64,000 nt of DNA from Octopus bimaculoides (taxonomy: Eukaryota), in contig NC_068986.1 of the NCBI RefSeq assembly GCF_001194135.2, forward strand, positions 95,451,530 through 95,515,529, given 5' to 3'. A program made the position numbers and the translations under genes. Each line of letters starts with the position of its first letter. Position 1 is the stretch's first letter. Positions 1 to 13,760 of this stretch are shown in pieces. The notes beneath the pieces are model-generated. The model saw only the letters and a program-made list of their open reading frames with translations. It made no database searches and was not told where the DNA came from.

Positions 1-1010
1 TGCCAGACGATGCTACAGCACCTGCAATTCTTTTTTGTTGCCTTACCTTGGAGAGAAGTAATGTTGTTACAAATGTTTTACCTGTGTTACCAGGAGTATC
101 AAGAAAGAAAATTCCTCCGCTTTTTTCTCTGACTGTCGAAATAATTTTATCATATGCACAGCGTTGTTCTGGAAGATGTTAAGGTTAATGTTCATTAACA
201 AACGCAGCCAAGTTTGTGATGTCATAATTTGTCTCTCTTACTATGTTTAATAGTTTGTTTTTGGCAGTCCAGAGCCAGAGTCTTGCAAATTTTTGCCTCC
301 CATGGCCAAATCTTGATCCTCAGTTTCAATCAGTGCTTCATTAAAAATTGCTTCAGAGGGCTGAATATTGATATCTAGGTTGGCCTGTTGAATTGCATAC
401 TTTAAGGCCTCAGCCATGTCTTCACGATGTTTCATCCAAAGCTGTAAGGGACTGCCTAGTTGACACATGTTCACTATAATTACAAAAAGGTTACGGGGTT
501 TCCTTGGAGAAGCTGGTACTGATGCTTCAGTCAATGCAAGGTCCCTATGCTCATTATTTTCTAAAGAAACTTAGCATGCTTCCTAATAAGTTTCACACAC
601 AAGACCATTTACCTTCCTCGAATCTTAGAATGATTTGGGACCACGTACTTCATGCAAAAGGAGCCGTAAGTAGTAGCATTCTGCTTGGCTTGGGGGAGGG
701 GGCACTGTAAACTCTTGCAAGGATGTCAGCCCCACGTTTCCTCTTGTGCCATTTATTGTTTGTCCTGGTGTAATACTTGGGTAATTGTGGGCAAAGGAGT
801 TTTCTTTCATCATCTATTTGACACAACTTAAAAAAGGCAGTAAGGGTAGTTTCTTTTGGAGAAAGTGCTTATTGTAAGGCTTGTTTGTTTTGTAAAGATA
901 ACTCTGAGACCATTCTCAGACACTCAGATGAATGATGGCTGAGTTCCTCTCATGAATGGGAAAATTGAAGATGCACCAAAAAGCCTCATTGACACTGATG
1001 TATCTTCTTA
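1..1010 (-). mobile_element. Helitron Rep/Helicase pseudogene fragment, runs off the left edge
   Basis: Minus-strand translation across stops and frameshifts gives Helitron motifs: RYISVNEAF(W)..FPIHER (~1005-950), QAECYYLRLLLHEVRGPKSF (~690-625), CQLGSPLQLWMKHREDMAE..IFNEALIETED, then the PIF1-type helicase Walker A FFLDTPGNTGKTF (~71-110) and AVASSG at the edge. Confidence 0.9.
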
Positions 1011-1035
1011 TTTCTTATTTCTTATTTCTTTACTG

Positions 1036-1167
1036 CCCACAAGGGGCTACACACAGAGGGGAAAAACAAGGACATACAAACGGATTAAGTCTATTATATG
1101 GAACCCAGTATATAACTGGTACTTATTTAATCGACCCCGAAAGGATGAAAGGCAAAGTCGACCTTGG
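1036..1167 (-). mobile_element. SINE family A, 3' half, cut by an N-gap
   Basis: Reverse complement matches the body and tail of the copy at 39813-40020 (gtcgactttgcctttcatcctttcggggtcga...atccgtttgt...tgtgtagc). Confidence 0.85.
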
Positions 1168-1770
1168 NNNNNNNNNNNNNNNNNNNNNNNNNNNNNNNNN
1201 NNNNNNNNNNNNNNNNNNNNNNNNNNNNNNNNNNNNNNNNNNNNNNNNNNNNNNNNNNNNNNNNNNNNNNNNNNNNNNNNNNNNNNNNNNNNNNNNNNNN
1301 NNNNNNNNNNNNNNNNNNNNNNNNNNNNNNNNNNNNNNNNNNNNNNNNNNNNNNNNNNNNNNNNNNNNNNNNNNNNNNNNNNNNNNNNNNNNNNNNNNNN
1401 NNNNNNNNNNNNNNNNNNNNNNNNNNNNNNNNNNNNNNNNNNNNNNNNNNNNNNNNNNNNNNNNNNNNNNNNNNNNNNNNNNNNNNNNNNNNNNNNNNNN
1501 NNNNNNNNNNNNNNNNNNNNNNNNNNNNNNNNNNNNNNNNNNNNNNNNNNNNNNNNNNNNNNNNNNNNNNNNNNNNNNNNNNNNNNNNNNNNNNNTCTGC
1601 CCCGTCTCCTCTTGTTAAGAGTGAGAACATTGTTCTCGGAAACTTTTTCGAAAATTAAAATAGGATTAAATGAAAAAAATGTATTACGTGAATATCTTCA
1701 CAAGAGTGGTTGAAATAAATGGCGATTGTGGAACACCCCACGCACTCACGCACACACCCATCTACACACG

Positions 1771-1810
<40 letters not shown>

Positions 1811-2100
1811 AGCACATATACATACAGTATCAAACATCAGATGAAATGGACGTGTGTGTGTGAGAGAGAGGGGGAGAGAGGGCGAGAGAAGGGATGTGTT
1901 GTCATGTATACGTATATACATAAATAAATATGCAAATATTTTTGGTATGCATGTGTCCGTGTGTGTGAGAGAGAGAGAGCCACTTAGACATCACTCTCTC
2001 TCTCTCTCACATACACACACACACACACATGCATACAAAAAAGATGTATGCATATGTATTTATGTTTGTACGTATTTATGACAACAAACCCTTTGACTGA

Positions 2101-2142
<42 letters not shown>

Positions 2143-2753
2143 CACACACGTACATAAATGTATACAAACGTGCATACAAAAACATGTGTGCGTGTGTGAC
2201 TAATTTGTGTGTATGTGAGAGAGAGAGGGGAGGGAGAGAGAACATTGCAAACAATGAATGAAATAAGCAAGAAATAAAAAAAACATCGTATGAATAAAAT
2301 CTCGTTAAAAACTACATTGTACCGAATATTTAGATTTGTGAACTTAGATATTTCTTTCAGAAATTTATCGTAGTTGTTTGCAAATAACGAACTAAAACTG
2401 GAAATGAAAACATTAAAATAGAGAATGAGGGCTTTTGCAAATGAAAACGAAAAATTTTGCCGTCAATACCGGAAGTTGACAGTGAAAAACCTTTTTAAAG
2501 AAGTGAATCATACATATAAAGCAATATTACTTATTTTCAATAAAAAAATAAACTAAAGACCACATTATGTATCCGAGATTAAATTATTTATGCATCCCAA
2601 GTATGGAAGCAATTCGCGCAGCGAATACACACATACACAAGTCTATTTTATATAAGAGAGATAGATATAAGAGAGATAGATATAAGAGAGATAGATATAA
2701 GATAGATATCAAGCTATCTATCTGCATTATATATACATACATATATACATATA

Positions 2754-2920
2754 TAAATGTAAGGACAAGCAAGTTAGGCAAGTCGATATAAACAAATATT
2801 AAATACATTTAATACAAAATATATATATATGTATAAAATGTACTTAATATTTTTTTGTATCACATGCATTTAATATTTTTTTGTATATCGGCTTACCTAA
2901 CTTGTTTGTCCTTACATTTA
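2754..2920. mobile_element. Small foldback element / MITE
   Basis: taaatgtaaggacaagcaagttaggcaagtcgatata (from 2754) is the near-perfect reverse complement of tatatcggcttacctaacttgtttgtccttacattta (to 2920); pairing continues inward. Confidence 0.7.
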
Positions 2921-4849
2921 CTCCTCTACCTGCTCAAGCTCAAATCTCATAAATATGTGTATATGTGTGTGTAAGTATATATGTATGTATAAATGTATGT
3001 ATATATGTATGTGCATATATATATATGTGTGTCTGTGTGTGTATGTGTATATTTTTTTTTTTTTTTTTTTTTTTTCTATAACTAACGAGTGTTTCGTAAA
3101 CTTTTAATGGTGATTTAGATTTTCGCCTCTCCCAATGGTCCAAGGGCAGGAATCGAACTGCCAATATTTCTATTTATTGCCTGATACACATCGCATTGAC
3201 TTCGCATCATAAATTCTTACATTTGAAAAAAAATTCTGAAATAAATATATTAGCAAATCATTAAATAAACAACGAGCATTTTATGATCATGTTTACTTTT
3301 GTGCATGTTACCTATTGACTGTGAGCAATAGTGAGCTAGCGAGAGATAAGAGAATGTTATGAATGCAGCATAGCTCCGAGCGTCGGTAGTGGTATTCAAA
3401 ACCTTGATCATTGGGCTAACAATTTGACGAACCGTTGACTTTCTTGTTCGTCTATCAGCAACTCCTGTAAAATGTGCCAATAAGAAGGCTCTGTGTGGTT
3501 ACGCCTCCTACTAGAAATAGCAGCGGAATCTCCTCGAAATGACATGCACACACTACTGTCTTTAAAAAGTTTTATATCCGGGTGTTGGATATATGATTTA
3601 ACGAAGCAAGGGAGAAAGAATTTACATGACGCAATACGATTACTATTACACGAGACTCAACGTTCTGAATGAACGGCTCACAGTGAACTGCTTGCCTCAA
3701 TTGCTGACAATTCTTTATATTATAACAATGTTTCAGTCCATTTTAAGTCACATGGGTGTGGTCGCAATACTTCTACACCAAAAAGGAAGGATACATCGGA
3801 TAATGGAATCCTGGATATACTATATATGGCAAACAAGGGCAGTATAGTCTTGGCAGAGACGCCTTTGGTCATAGGTTTGTCCGACTGAGACTGACATGTG
3901 ATCAAACAACAACAACAACAATAGCAACAGCAACAGCAGCAGTAGTAGTGGCAGCAACTCCTCACTGCATACCCTAATTTAATTTTTAATCAATTTGGAT
4001 TTTGGAAATGTCTATTAATGATAACTCTGAGCAAATATAACGAGAAATCGATGGCCAAAGTGGTGTTAGATATCATAACGAATGTCAGTTGCTGCAAATA
4101 GTTGTATATGTTAACATGAACCTTACCAACCAACCAGGCTATGCTGATGCTAGATGTGTAATGATACCTACATTACTAATATCACCGTTAGACAGTCGTT
4201 GATACAAACAGAGAGCGACAAACATCGTACGCATATCTAACAGTACTGAAAAACTTTCCTTGTAGTGCCTACTAATCGCAATGTTCTCTTTAATTTTCTG
4301 ACACCCACAATGAAATGTTTACTCTTGAGAATGGGGAGTGAGATACTCCGAGTAGCGAGTCACAGTGGTTAAGTAGCTCCTAAAGCTAAATGGATCTGAT
4401 TTGATCAAAATTTGTGTAGGATCACTGTGATCATATCGTCGTTTCCTTTGTTTTGCTTTTTGTTTTGTTTTTACATAAACTATTACGATAGAAGACAGTA
4501 TAGTTTTGTTCTCTCGAAGAGGGCATTATATGGAATGTAACGGAAACGGTTTGATTCTGAATAACAATACTTCAAGAGCGTTGCCGGAATGGAAACTTTT
4601 AACTAGTGACAGAATGCTTTTAGTGAAACTAAGCAATTCAAAATCAGTGTAATTGTTTCTTGTGTACCAATAAATAATGGCTTTTTATTTAAGTAGAAAA
4701 ATTAGCAAATCGATGCTATCGGCGCCCGTATCTGACCAATACTTTATTTTATCGACCCCGGAGAGATGAAAGGCAAAGGATTCAGAAAATTCAGAAAAAA
4801 TTCACAGAGCGTTTATTTTAATGATTCTGCCAATCCACCTCCTTTGTGC

Positions 4850-7660
4850 ACTTTTAAATAATGCAACCAAAGAATTGCTGCAATGTTGCAAGACGTAATT
4901 AATAGTACAGCAGCAAGAGAGATAAAAAAAATTGTGCGAAAGCTAGAAGAAGCAACGGTGTTATGGATCAGAAGAACGGGTATACATAAGCTTAGATATG
5001 TTAACGAAAATGGTATGCTTTTAATCACCTTTTGTACAGCAAGCAATGTCTTTATTAAAGGAAATACTTTCTTTAAACACAAAAATATTCATAAATGCAA
5101 TTGAGCATTTCCTGGTAAAAAAGAAAATACTGGAACAGAATAGATGATATCTCGATAAATCGGTAAATAAAAAATTGCTACAACTACATGTTAGAGCACA
5201 TCAAGGTACTGAGATTTGAAGTGACCTTTAGTCAGTAATAGAGATAATTCAGTAAAAGAAGGAAGCGATAACCAGGTTTGAGAGGGAAAAGTTGAAGCAT
5301 GATAGAATGATGGATTAAAAGATGAATTTAAAATTGAATGTCATAATCGATTTGTAATGTTTGAAGTTTTAGATGAAGTAGACATCAATAGCGAGTGAAA
5401 GAATGTAATGGATGTATACTGGAAAGTAGCCAATGGTGCTCTGGACAGAAAATTTTTTAAAAAAAAGGAAATGGATTGCTTGAGAAATATGGGAGTTATT
5501 AAGTCATGAAAGGAAGAAAATCGAATTGTTGCAAGATGAAGAAGGAATTTGATGGCCTTAAAGTTGAATAAGCAAAATATTGGAGTCTTAACAGAGAGAT
5601 GAACGGTGTTCAAGAGATAACAAAAATGATACTTGGAAGTGAAAGCTGATCAAGCAGATGAATTTATTAATGCAGTAGACAGAAGAAAAATCAAAAAACC
5701 TTGTAAAATAAGAAACGAAACTACAGGTATATATATATATATATATATATATATNNNNNNNNNNNNNNNNNNNNNNNNNNNNNNNNNNNNNNNNNNNNNN
5801 NNNNNNNNNNNNNNNNNNNNNNNNNNNNNNNNNNNNNNNNNNNNNNNNNNNNNNNNNNNNNNNNNNNNNNNNNNNNNNNNNNNNNNNNNNNNNNNNNNNN
5901 NNNNNNNNNNNNNNNNNNNNNNNNNNNNNNNNNNNNNNNNNNNNNNNNNNATATATATATCAAAATGACTATGTGTGCTTAGTATTGATGATATAACATT
6001 TGATATAGGTTATAAACATCCAAGAAAGAACGTAAAGAATATTTAAATGTCGTCGTGAACAATGTTTAACGAGAGAAATATTCTGATAATTCCTGAACTG
6101 CAGCATCTGCAATTAGTTGAACATGAAATAAATGTTGAAGAAATAACAAGTCAGTGAGCAATTAAAGATCTTTTGGATTGGCTGGGTGTAAGAGGGACAT
6201 TATAAGCGGAGAAGCACGTGACTAAAAGAGTATTTTGTAATATATGGAATATTAGGCAGATACCTGAAGATTAAAAGCTCGCGATTGTGTCTCTGATATC
6301 ATAACAGGCCAGTCAGAGAGTGTGACTATTGGAGGAGTATAATAACTGTAAGCAGTACAGTATTGACGGCGCTCAGAGTTTGGTTTTCTTGAAAAGAGTA
6401 AACGTTACTTTGGACAGTCTACAAAGGGAAGAACAAGCAGGCTTCCAGCGATCGCCAATTTATATTTTGCTCAAGGTTATTGTTGAACAATATCGCATCA
6501 GACAGCCTTTAGTAATGGCTTTTGCAGAGTGGAAAAGGGTTTTGATTGTGTATATAGTATTTAAATTTGGAAGGTATTGATTTACTGTGATTTGCCAAAA
6601 AAGTATTCCGATTTCATGTAACACAACGTGGAAGTAAATGCGGCAGAAGCGGACGGAACCTACTCTCAAAGGAATTTGTGATGAATGCAGTGCTGCAGAG
6701 AGGCAATAGAATAGCTCCTTGCAGTATTCGTAAAGGAGTCGATCGATAATGGAATAGAAGCAATTTAATGGATTTTTGTAAAGTATTTGACGGATTTGGA
6801 TTTTGCTGATAATATTGTTTGGTTTAGTAACGAAACATCAAAATTACGAAGATTGACAGACAAGGCTGATGAAAGATACAAACGTCCAGGTAAAGAAAAA
6901 CATCAATAAACTTAAAATTATGGAGGCCGAGCAATTTCTTAAACAGCTACATCAAGCGTTGAAATTATTTCAAATGTATAGGAATCTCATAGCTAGGCGA
7001 TTCATGTGGAAATTAAACTGAACTCGTCACTCGTAAGATGTGCTGGATATATGGAAAATAGTGACGTCATAACAATGAAATTGGAGATATTCATGTAAGA
7101 ATCTTTGGAAACAAAGTTTTACGAGGAATCTTAGAAATCAAATGGCATGATTTTGTGAGAGCCATTTTGGTTCGAGACATTCCATAGATGAAGAAATAAT
7201 AGTTTCTAATATAGGTACAAGACCAACCGTTCTGAGAGAGAGGGGAAAGTCGAGGCATAAACGATCCCAGTACTTGACTGATACTTTATTTTATCGATCC
7301 CGAAAGAAAGAAAGACTAAGTTGACCTCGGCAAGATTTGAAATCGGAACCTAAAGAGCCAGAACAAGTATCGCATATTTTCTCCGACGCTCTAACGATTC
7401 TGCCAATCCACTGCCTTCATATAGATGAAGAAATAGGGAAGTGTAGAGAGCAATGTTTGAGCCATGTGTTCTGCTCCTAGCCTGAAGGCCGGCTTAAGTG
7501 ACAAGCAGTAACATTAATAGTCCAAGGTGTTAGTAGAAAAGACAGAGCAAGGTTCATTTGGCGGAGAACAGCGTAAACAGAAAACGGATGTCACTAATGG
7601 GTTGGGACTGAAATAAAGCTAGAAAATAGCCAAAAATGGTAATAAAAAGGTGGAGATCCT
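4850..7660 (+). mobile_element. Decayed RTE-clade LINE (endonuclease C-terminus, RT, 3' end), interrupted by a (TA)n/N-gap and a SINE
   Basis: ENGMLLITFCTASNVFIKGNTFFKHKNIHK (~5005-5095), NRFVMFEVL, DSLQREEQAGFQR and VMAFAEWK (~6410-6540), TDLDFADNIV (~6790), and a decayed SHV..GR...W tail (7450-7650). Many stops and frameshifts. Confidence 0.85.
7199..7420 (-). mobile_element. SINE family A with a 15-bp target-site duplication
   Basis: Family A body on the minus strand; TSD atagatgaagaaata at 7184-7198 and 7421-7435. Confidence 0.9.
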
Positions 7661-8005
7661 TTGCAGAGAATGGTGCTGAAGGCAGTTTCAGCAATACACC
7701 AGCCGACCTAGCAATAGCAAATACTTTCTTTTGCTTACTTACATCTCACTTCAGTGTGATTCCACCAATTTCATATGCATATGTTGTGTGCGCGTGTGTA
7801 TTTATGCATGTGTGTATTTATGTATATATATAAGAAGAAGATTATGTGGGGTTTAGTTCACTGATGATCTAAAGTTCACAGCTGAGGCTGAAGCTAGGGA
7901 TCCGTATTAGGCTTCCGAGTTAGCAGGTATATATTATATCAGAGGGAAAAGGATGATAAAAGGGTTTGGTTGTCTTTTTTCCTCTAATATAATTACATAT
8001 ATGTG

Positions 8006-8048
<43 letters not shown>

Positions 8049-8118
8049 ATATATATGTCTATATATATGTATATGCATATATATGTTATATGTGTATATG
8101 TGTATATATATATAAATA

Positions 8119-8160
<42 letters not shown>

Positions 8161-8380
8161 TTCATATATATATACACACACACTCACATATATACATGCA
8201 TACATACATAAATGCATTCATATACAAATATATGCATGCACATTATATACATATGTACATATTTGTGTGTGTGTGTGTATGTGTGTGTGTGTGTGTGCGT
8301 GTGTGTATGTGTGTGTGTGTATTACTGTATTGAACGTCTGTTTTGACTTCACTTGGTTACGTATATCTGAGTGTATGTTT

Positions 8381-8441
<61 letters not shown>

Positions 8442-8561
8442 CTGCTTATGGTGCAGAATCATTAGCTATGTCGGAAAACGATATCATTAGGCAGGAGGTT
8501 GGCTACCATTAGCAATCTTAGACGTGCACATTCATACACTATATACACAGACACACACACG

Positions 8562-8612
<51 letters not shown>

Positions 8613-8763
8613 GGTATCGTTTCGATTATCTATTGATATCCATTACTCTTCCTTCATATACACGACCACCATAAGCAATACCAAACGCTCTCCGTCATCA
8701 CCAGGCACACTCCACCGCTGCGGTGTTCCAATTAAAAGCGTATGCTCTGGATATCAATCCAAT

Positions 8764-8775
8764 TGCGCATGCGCA
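8764..8775. promoter_or_regulatory. NRF1/Ewg-type palindromic motif TGCGCATGCGCA
   Basis: Exact 12-bp consensus inside a unique, relatively CpG-rich island (~8640-8900) between microsatellites. Confidence 0.45.
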
Positions 8776-9513
8776 TTTCGCCAGTGTAAAATATAAGCGG
8801 CTGATTTACTCGGTGTCCCGAAGAATAGTGGTGTTTCGAAGGGGGAGGAAGCAAACTTGCAGCGAATGTGTGGATCGATCTTTTGATGCCAATCAATCAT
8901 GCTACAAAATAAAAACTCCCCTTATCACACGCGCGCGCACACACATACACACACACATACACACATACGCATGCTCACACATGCAGACACACGCCAACAC
9001 TGACACAACCAAACACAACCACCAACACCAACAGCAACACCAACGCTAACACCACCAAAACATTTCGCCAACGCGAAATCATGTTTTTTGTATTTTTTAG
9101 ATGAGTTTTTTTTTTGTTTTTTGTTTTTTGCTCTTTTTTTTTTTTTTTCGAGCGGCGTGGTTCTGTATCTTTCGATTTCTTAGTTTTCTTCCTTGAACGA
9201 ATTGTTTAAATTAACGACGGTGCTGTGGCTGAATATTGAGTGGTTCTTGTAGTTTTGCGGCAACAGTGTAAGTCTGTAACAGTATTCTAGATGTAATATG
9301 GATTATATACGATAGATTACATACATAATTGAGCCACAGGATAAATAATAGTGTCGTTGTGGCTCACATCTTGACTGCAATTGTGCTATATCTACAGTAT
9401 TGTTTCTTAACCGGGGTCCTTATAAGATGGGGAGGGGTTCCATACAAGCAAAATAGTAACGTGTGGTCCATAGAATATTTTAAAGGTTCAGCAAAAGGTT
9501 TGAATTAGATGTA

Positions 9514-9741
9514 TTGGGTTGTCTGGAAAGTTCGTGCCGATTTATAGTAGCTTATCTTTCGACTTATTTGCCATGAAACCACCTCAATTCTGGGAAGAGG
9601 GTATTTTCAAGTTAAAGGAAAGATGGAGATGCATTGTGCAACAAAATGGTTCATATTTGGTTGATTAAAAATGTAATGGCGAGTATTTATTGACCTTTTT
9701 CTTTCCTTTAAAAATCGGCACAAACTTTCCGGACAACCTAA
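9514..9741 (+). mobile_element. Mariner-derived MITE with TA TSD
   Basis: ~30-bp TIRs ttgggttgtctggaaagttcgtgccgattt / aaatcggcacaaactttccggacaacctaa flanked by TA; the interior encodes the mariner C-terminus FWEEGIFKLKERWRCIVQQNGSYLVD*. Confidence 0.9.
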
Positions 9742-9961
9742 TATTTATTACGAGAAACAGCTTGGTTTCTTTCTCTGACATTTTACATAGTACAGCCTAC
9801 ACGGGTGAATATATGAAAAAACAAAATAGGAATTTTGGAAGACGTATCTATGAAAGTAGTTTTTAAACATCGAACGGTTTTGGGGATCCACCAGAATAAA
9901 AGAGTAATCAAAGGGGTCCCAAAGATAAAAAGAAAAATTGTGGAGAAATATTGATCTATCA

Positions 9962-10450
9962 TGTACACAGTAACAGTGTTATGGTTACAGTGTAGAGAAT
10001 AACCGTGTTATGACTACAGTGTAGAGCGTAAGTGTTGTGGCTACAGTATAGGGTAACAGTGATGTAAGTACAATATAGAGTAACTGTATTATGGCTACAG
10101 TGCAGAGCATAAGTGTTGTGACTACAGTGTCGACGGTAAGTGTTATGGCTACAGTGTGGAGTAACAGTGTTATGGCAACAATGTAGAACGCAACAGTGTT
10201 TGGCTATAATATAGTGATTAACACTGTTGAGGCTAGAGTATAGAGTAAACAATGTTGTGGCTACAGTGTAGTCAGCGTTGACTACACTGTAGCCACAGTG
10301 AACTCTGACAACTGTGTTGTTTATAATATATACAGTGTTTTGTGTACAGTTTAGACAATAACACTGATACACTGCAGTGTTGTTTATAACAATGCTGCAG
10401 CCACCTTATAGACAGTATACAGTATGCTGATAACTGTTACGATGTAGCCA
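9962..10450. repeat. Degenerate ~27-bp minisatellite
   Basis: Recurrent unit like gtgttatggctacagtgtagagtaaca, about 15 diverged copies; it explains the CSHNT repeats in ORF 9959..10372. Confidence 0.8.
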
Positions 10451-10692
10451 CAGATTTATATGTCTTGATCAAGGATTGTATGGATATAATTTAAATGGTT
10501 TTTGATTATAGGTTTGTTCGTTCAAAGCTGGCCCAGGGTTAAACAGCCACGATTCCATCATATCGTGACATTAATGAAGAGGAAATACGTAATCTTGTTT
10601 CTTGTTATTTTATAGATATATTTTATATCGTTCGTTGTTACTTTGTTGTTACGTATTTATGTTTGTCTATGTTTATGTTCCTGTGCTTCTGG

Positions 10693-10728
<36 letters not shown>

Positions 10729-10857
10729 GAGAGAGAGAGAGTGAGTGAGTGTGTGTATATGTGTATTTGCGATGGTGTGTATGTATGCGTGTGCACCTGT
10801 ATGTATCCTTGTGATCTTGATTCTGGGTGTAAAGATGGTTGTCTATGTTTGTGTATA

Positions 10858-10895
<38 letters not shown>

Positions 10896-11619
10896 TGTGT
10901 CTGTGTGTGTGTCTGTGTGTGTGTCTGTCTGTGTGCGCGCGCGTGTGTACGTGTGTAGAAATACTTGTGTGAATTTTGTACGAGTGCATCCCTGTATATG
11001 CGTGTATGTATTTGTGTCTGAGAAAGAGAGAGAGAGAGACAGAGACAGAGAGAGACAGAGACAGAGACACAGAGAGAGAGACAGAGACAGAGAGAGAGAC
11101 AGACAGACAGACAGAGAAAGCGTGTATGTATGACTCTACTTAATTGAGATCACTCGAGGGAGATTCATATCGGACATCGGAAAAACACAGACATAAAATA
11201 GTGAAGATCAATGACGATATAGATGGTGGTTATCGATGATGGTGACAAATACAGAAGATGATAAGATTGTCGATTGTGATGACGATGCTGACAGCGAAGA
11301 CGATAACGATGTTGGTGATGATAGCAATGCAGATAGTGATGGCGGAATCACGCTGTTGCTTCATTTAGACGCAAAATGTTAATTTAAACTATAACTGACA
11401 TTAGATATTTCGAGGTGTGCTTACCAGACAAGTGATTTGATATGATGCCATGTGTTGAAACCAAAATGATTACAGCGATGAAGAGATACATATTAGCCAT
11501 TCAAAAGCATTTAAAAAACTGATAACTTTACATCTATTATTTGGTGTCAAAATTTTTTGTCAGTCACCAGACACGAGTCCACAGCGGTGGCTAATATGTC
11601 TCCTACGTTGTGATATGTA

Positions 11620-11840
11620 CGAGGAGGCGTTGAAAAGTTCCTGGTTTTAGATAAAGGAAAATACAGGAGGATCAGTTAATTATGATTTTTATTTAACATA
11701 TCCCCTTCCCCTCAGATTCACACACTTATTGCAGCGGTCCTTCAGTTTTTCTAAGCCCTGTAAAAGAACTCGGAATGTTCGGCCTCCAACCAGGCCTTTC
11801 GCGACACCCTCAAAGCCAGGAACTTTTCAGCATCTTTTCG
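11620..11840 (+). mobile_element. Mariner-type MITE (cgagg-TIR family), copy 1
   Basis: TA|cgaggaggcgttgaaaagttcctgg ... ccaggaacttttcagcatcttttcg|TA; homologous along its length to 32494-32710. Confidence 0.85.
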
Positions 11841-12114
11841 TAATTCACTATAATGATAACCAGGTTATTAACGAAAAGAACTTTGAGTTATCCGACAATA
11901 ACTACCACCAAAGTACACCAGGGAATACGATTAACTATATGACTTGATATGGCCAATGGAAAATAACGTCTCCTTGCAATAGCTTCCCGGTACGGCGCAC
12001 ACTGCCGTTTGTTTTGCAGTCACCCGAGAGATCCAGAGATCGCATCGATCAAGAAGCTCTGAGTAGCGATAGCCTCAATCACCTGCTTTGAACATCCTGT
12101 AAAGCAAATACGTG

Positions 12115-12173
<59 letters not shown>

Positions 12174-12225
12174 NNNNNNNNNNNNNNNNNNNNNNNNNNN
12201 NNATATATATATATATATATATATA

Positions 12226-13488
12226 TTGGGTCATTCCATACATAATGCAGTTTTTTATTATTTCTTTTATTTTTCAAAATTAAGAGAAATAATGTTCTTT
12301 TTTACTCTAAAATATACTCTCCTTCATTTTCTTCAATGCTCTTCCATCTCTCTAGAAGACTTGCAAGGCCCCTCTTCCAAAATTCACTTGTCCGTCACAA
12401 AAATACTCCTCCAGTATTGCTCTGAACTCGTCTACAGAATTCATATCTTTCCGTCCAAATGATTTTGAAGACTGCAGAATAAATGATAATCAAATGGGGC
12501 AATGTCCGACAAATATGGTGTGTGGGGCATCGTTTCTCATTCAAACTGCTCCAGCTTTTGGAATGTCATCCTCGCTATATGTGACCAAGCATTGTCATAA
12601 TGGAAGAACACCTTTCGTCTTGAAACCAAAGACGGTCGTTTTTCTTCTAGCACTGACTTAAGCCTCTCAAGCTGCTCACAGTAGATCTCCTTTGTTATCG
12701 CTTGGTTTGGGTTTAAAAGTTCAAAGTGGACTAAACCATTGATATCCCACCAAACAGATAGCAACACCTTACGTGGGTGAAGATTTTCTTTAGCCTGGGG
12801 TGCTGGTGTTTCTCCTTTCCCTACCCATTGTCTTCAGCGCTTGACATTTTTATAGAGAACCCATTTCTCGTCACCAGTCACTATTCAGTCCAATAAAGAT
12901 TCATTCGTGAGGCTTGACAACAGAGAAGAGCACACGTTCACTCTTTGCACGCGATTAGACTCGGAAAATTTGTGAGGAACGCATTGACCCAATTTGCTGA
13001 CTTTTCTGATGGCACACATGTGTCGATGAATGGTTGAATCTAAACTTCTCTGCTAGTTCCTCAACAGTTACGATGGGATTTTGTTCCAGCAGGATTTGCA
13101 GGACGTCCTCATCGAGCTCCATAGATCTTCCAGGTCGAGGCTCGTCTCCTAGGCTGTCATTTCCGGCTCGGAATTTCCGGAACCGCTGTTAACACTGGCT
13201 TACGCTTATTGTCCGTTCACCATATACTACATTAATATTCTTCGCACTTTCCGTTGCATTATTGCTTTTATTGAACTCATAAAGCAAAATATGCCAAATA
13301 TGCTCCTTTGTCATTTCCATTATAGCTTTGAAAAAATAACCGCTAAAATCGAACTGCACTCCTCAAAACTTGCACTAAGAATAAGGATAAGGTAAAATTA
13401 CTACCGGCTTTTATAGCAAGTTAATGCAGGTAGTTTATCCCGTTCCTCTCCGACTTTTAGTTCATGCAATTGAAAAAGCCGCTTTATT

Positions 13489-13492
<4 letters not shown>
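12226..13492 (-). mobile_element. Near-full-length mariner (DD34D) element; transposase pseudogene ~13320-12302
   Basis: MEMTKEHIWHILLYEFNK start, CVPHKFS, IVTGDEKWVLY, LSVWWD, HYDNAWSH, and a decayed YSPDLAPSDYHLF motif. Left TIR TA|ttgggtcattccatacataatgcag; partial right TIR aaaaagccgctttatttatg truncated by (TG)n. Confidence 0.9.
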
Positions 13493-13563
<71 letters not shown>

Positions 13564-13760
13564 ATACACACATACATACATACACACACATACATACACA
13601 CAAACATATATATAAATTTCGATGTCACTGTCGATACTCTTCTTGTTGAAGAATAACGTGTGTATGTGTTTATACTTACATACATGCGTATGTACATACA
13701 TACGTACGTACGTACATACATACATACATACATACATACATACATACATACATACACACA

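Noticed and set aside
2462-2480. ETS-type motif ACCGGAAGT
   Set aside because: A single 9-mer with no CpG island or other promoter support.
7855-7925. CTGATGA..CTGA as hammerhead or C/D snoRNA
   Set aside because: No stem II plus GAAA, the spacing is too short for a snoRNA, and there is no terminal stem. The same applies to isolated CTGATGA at ~17918, ~56326 and ~59552.
11960-12110. Exon-like GC-richer island with acceptor-like sites on both strands
   Set aside because: Every frame hits a stop within ~25 codons and there is no matching donor.
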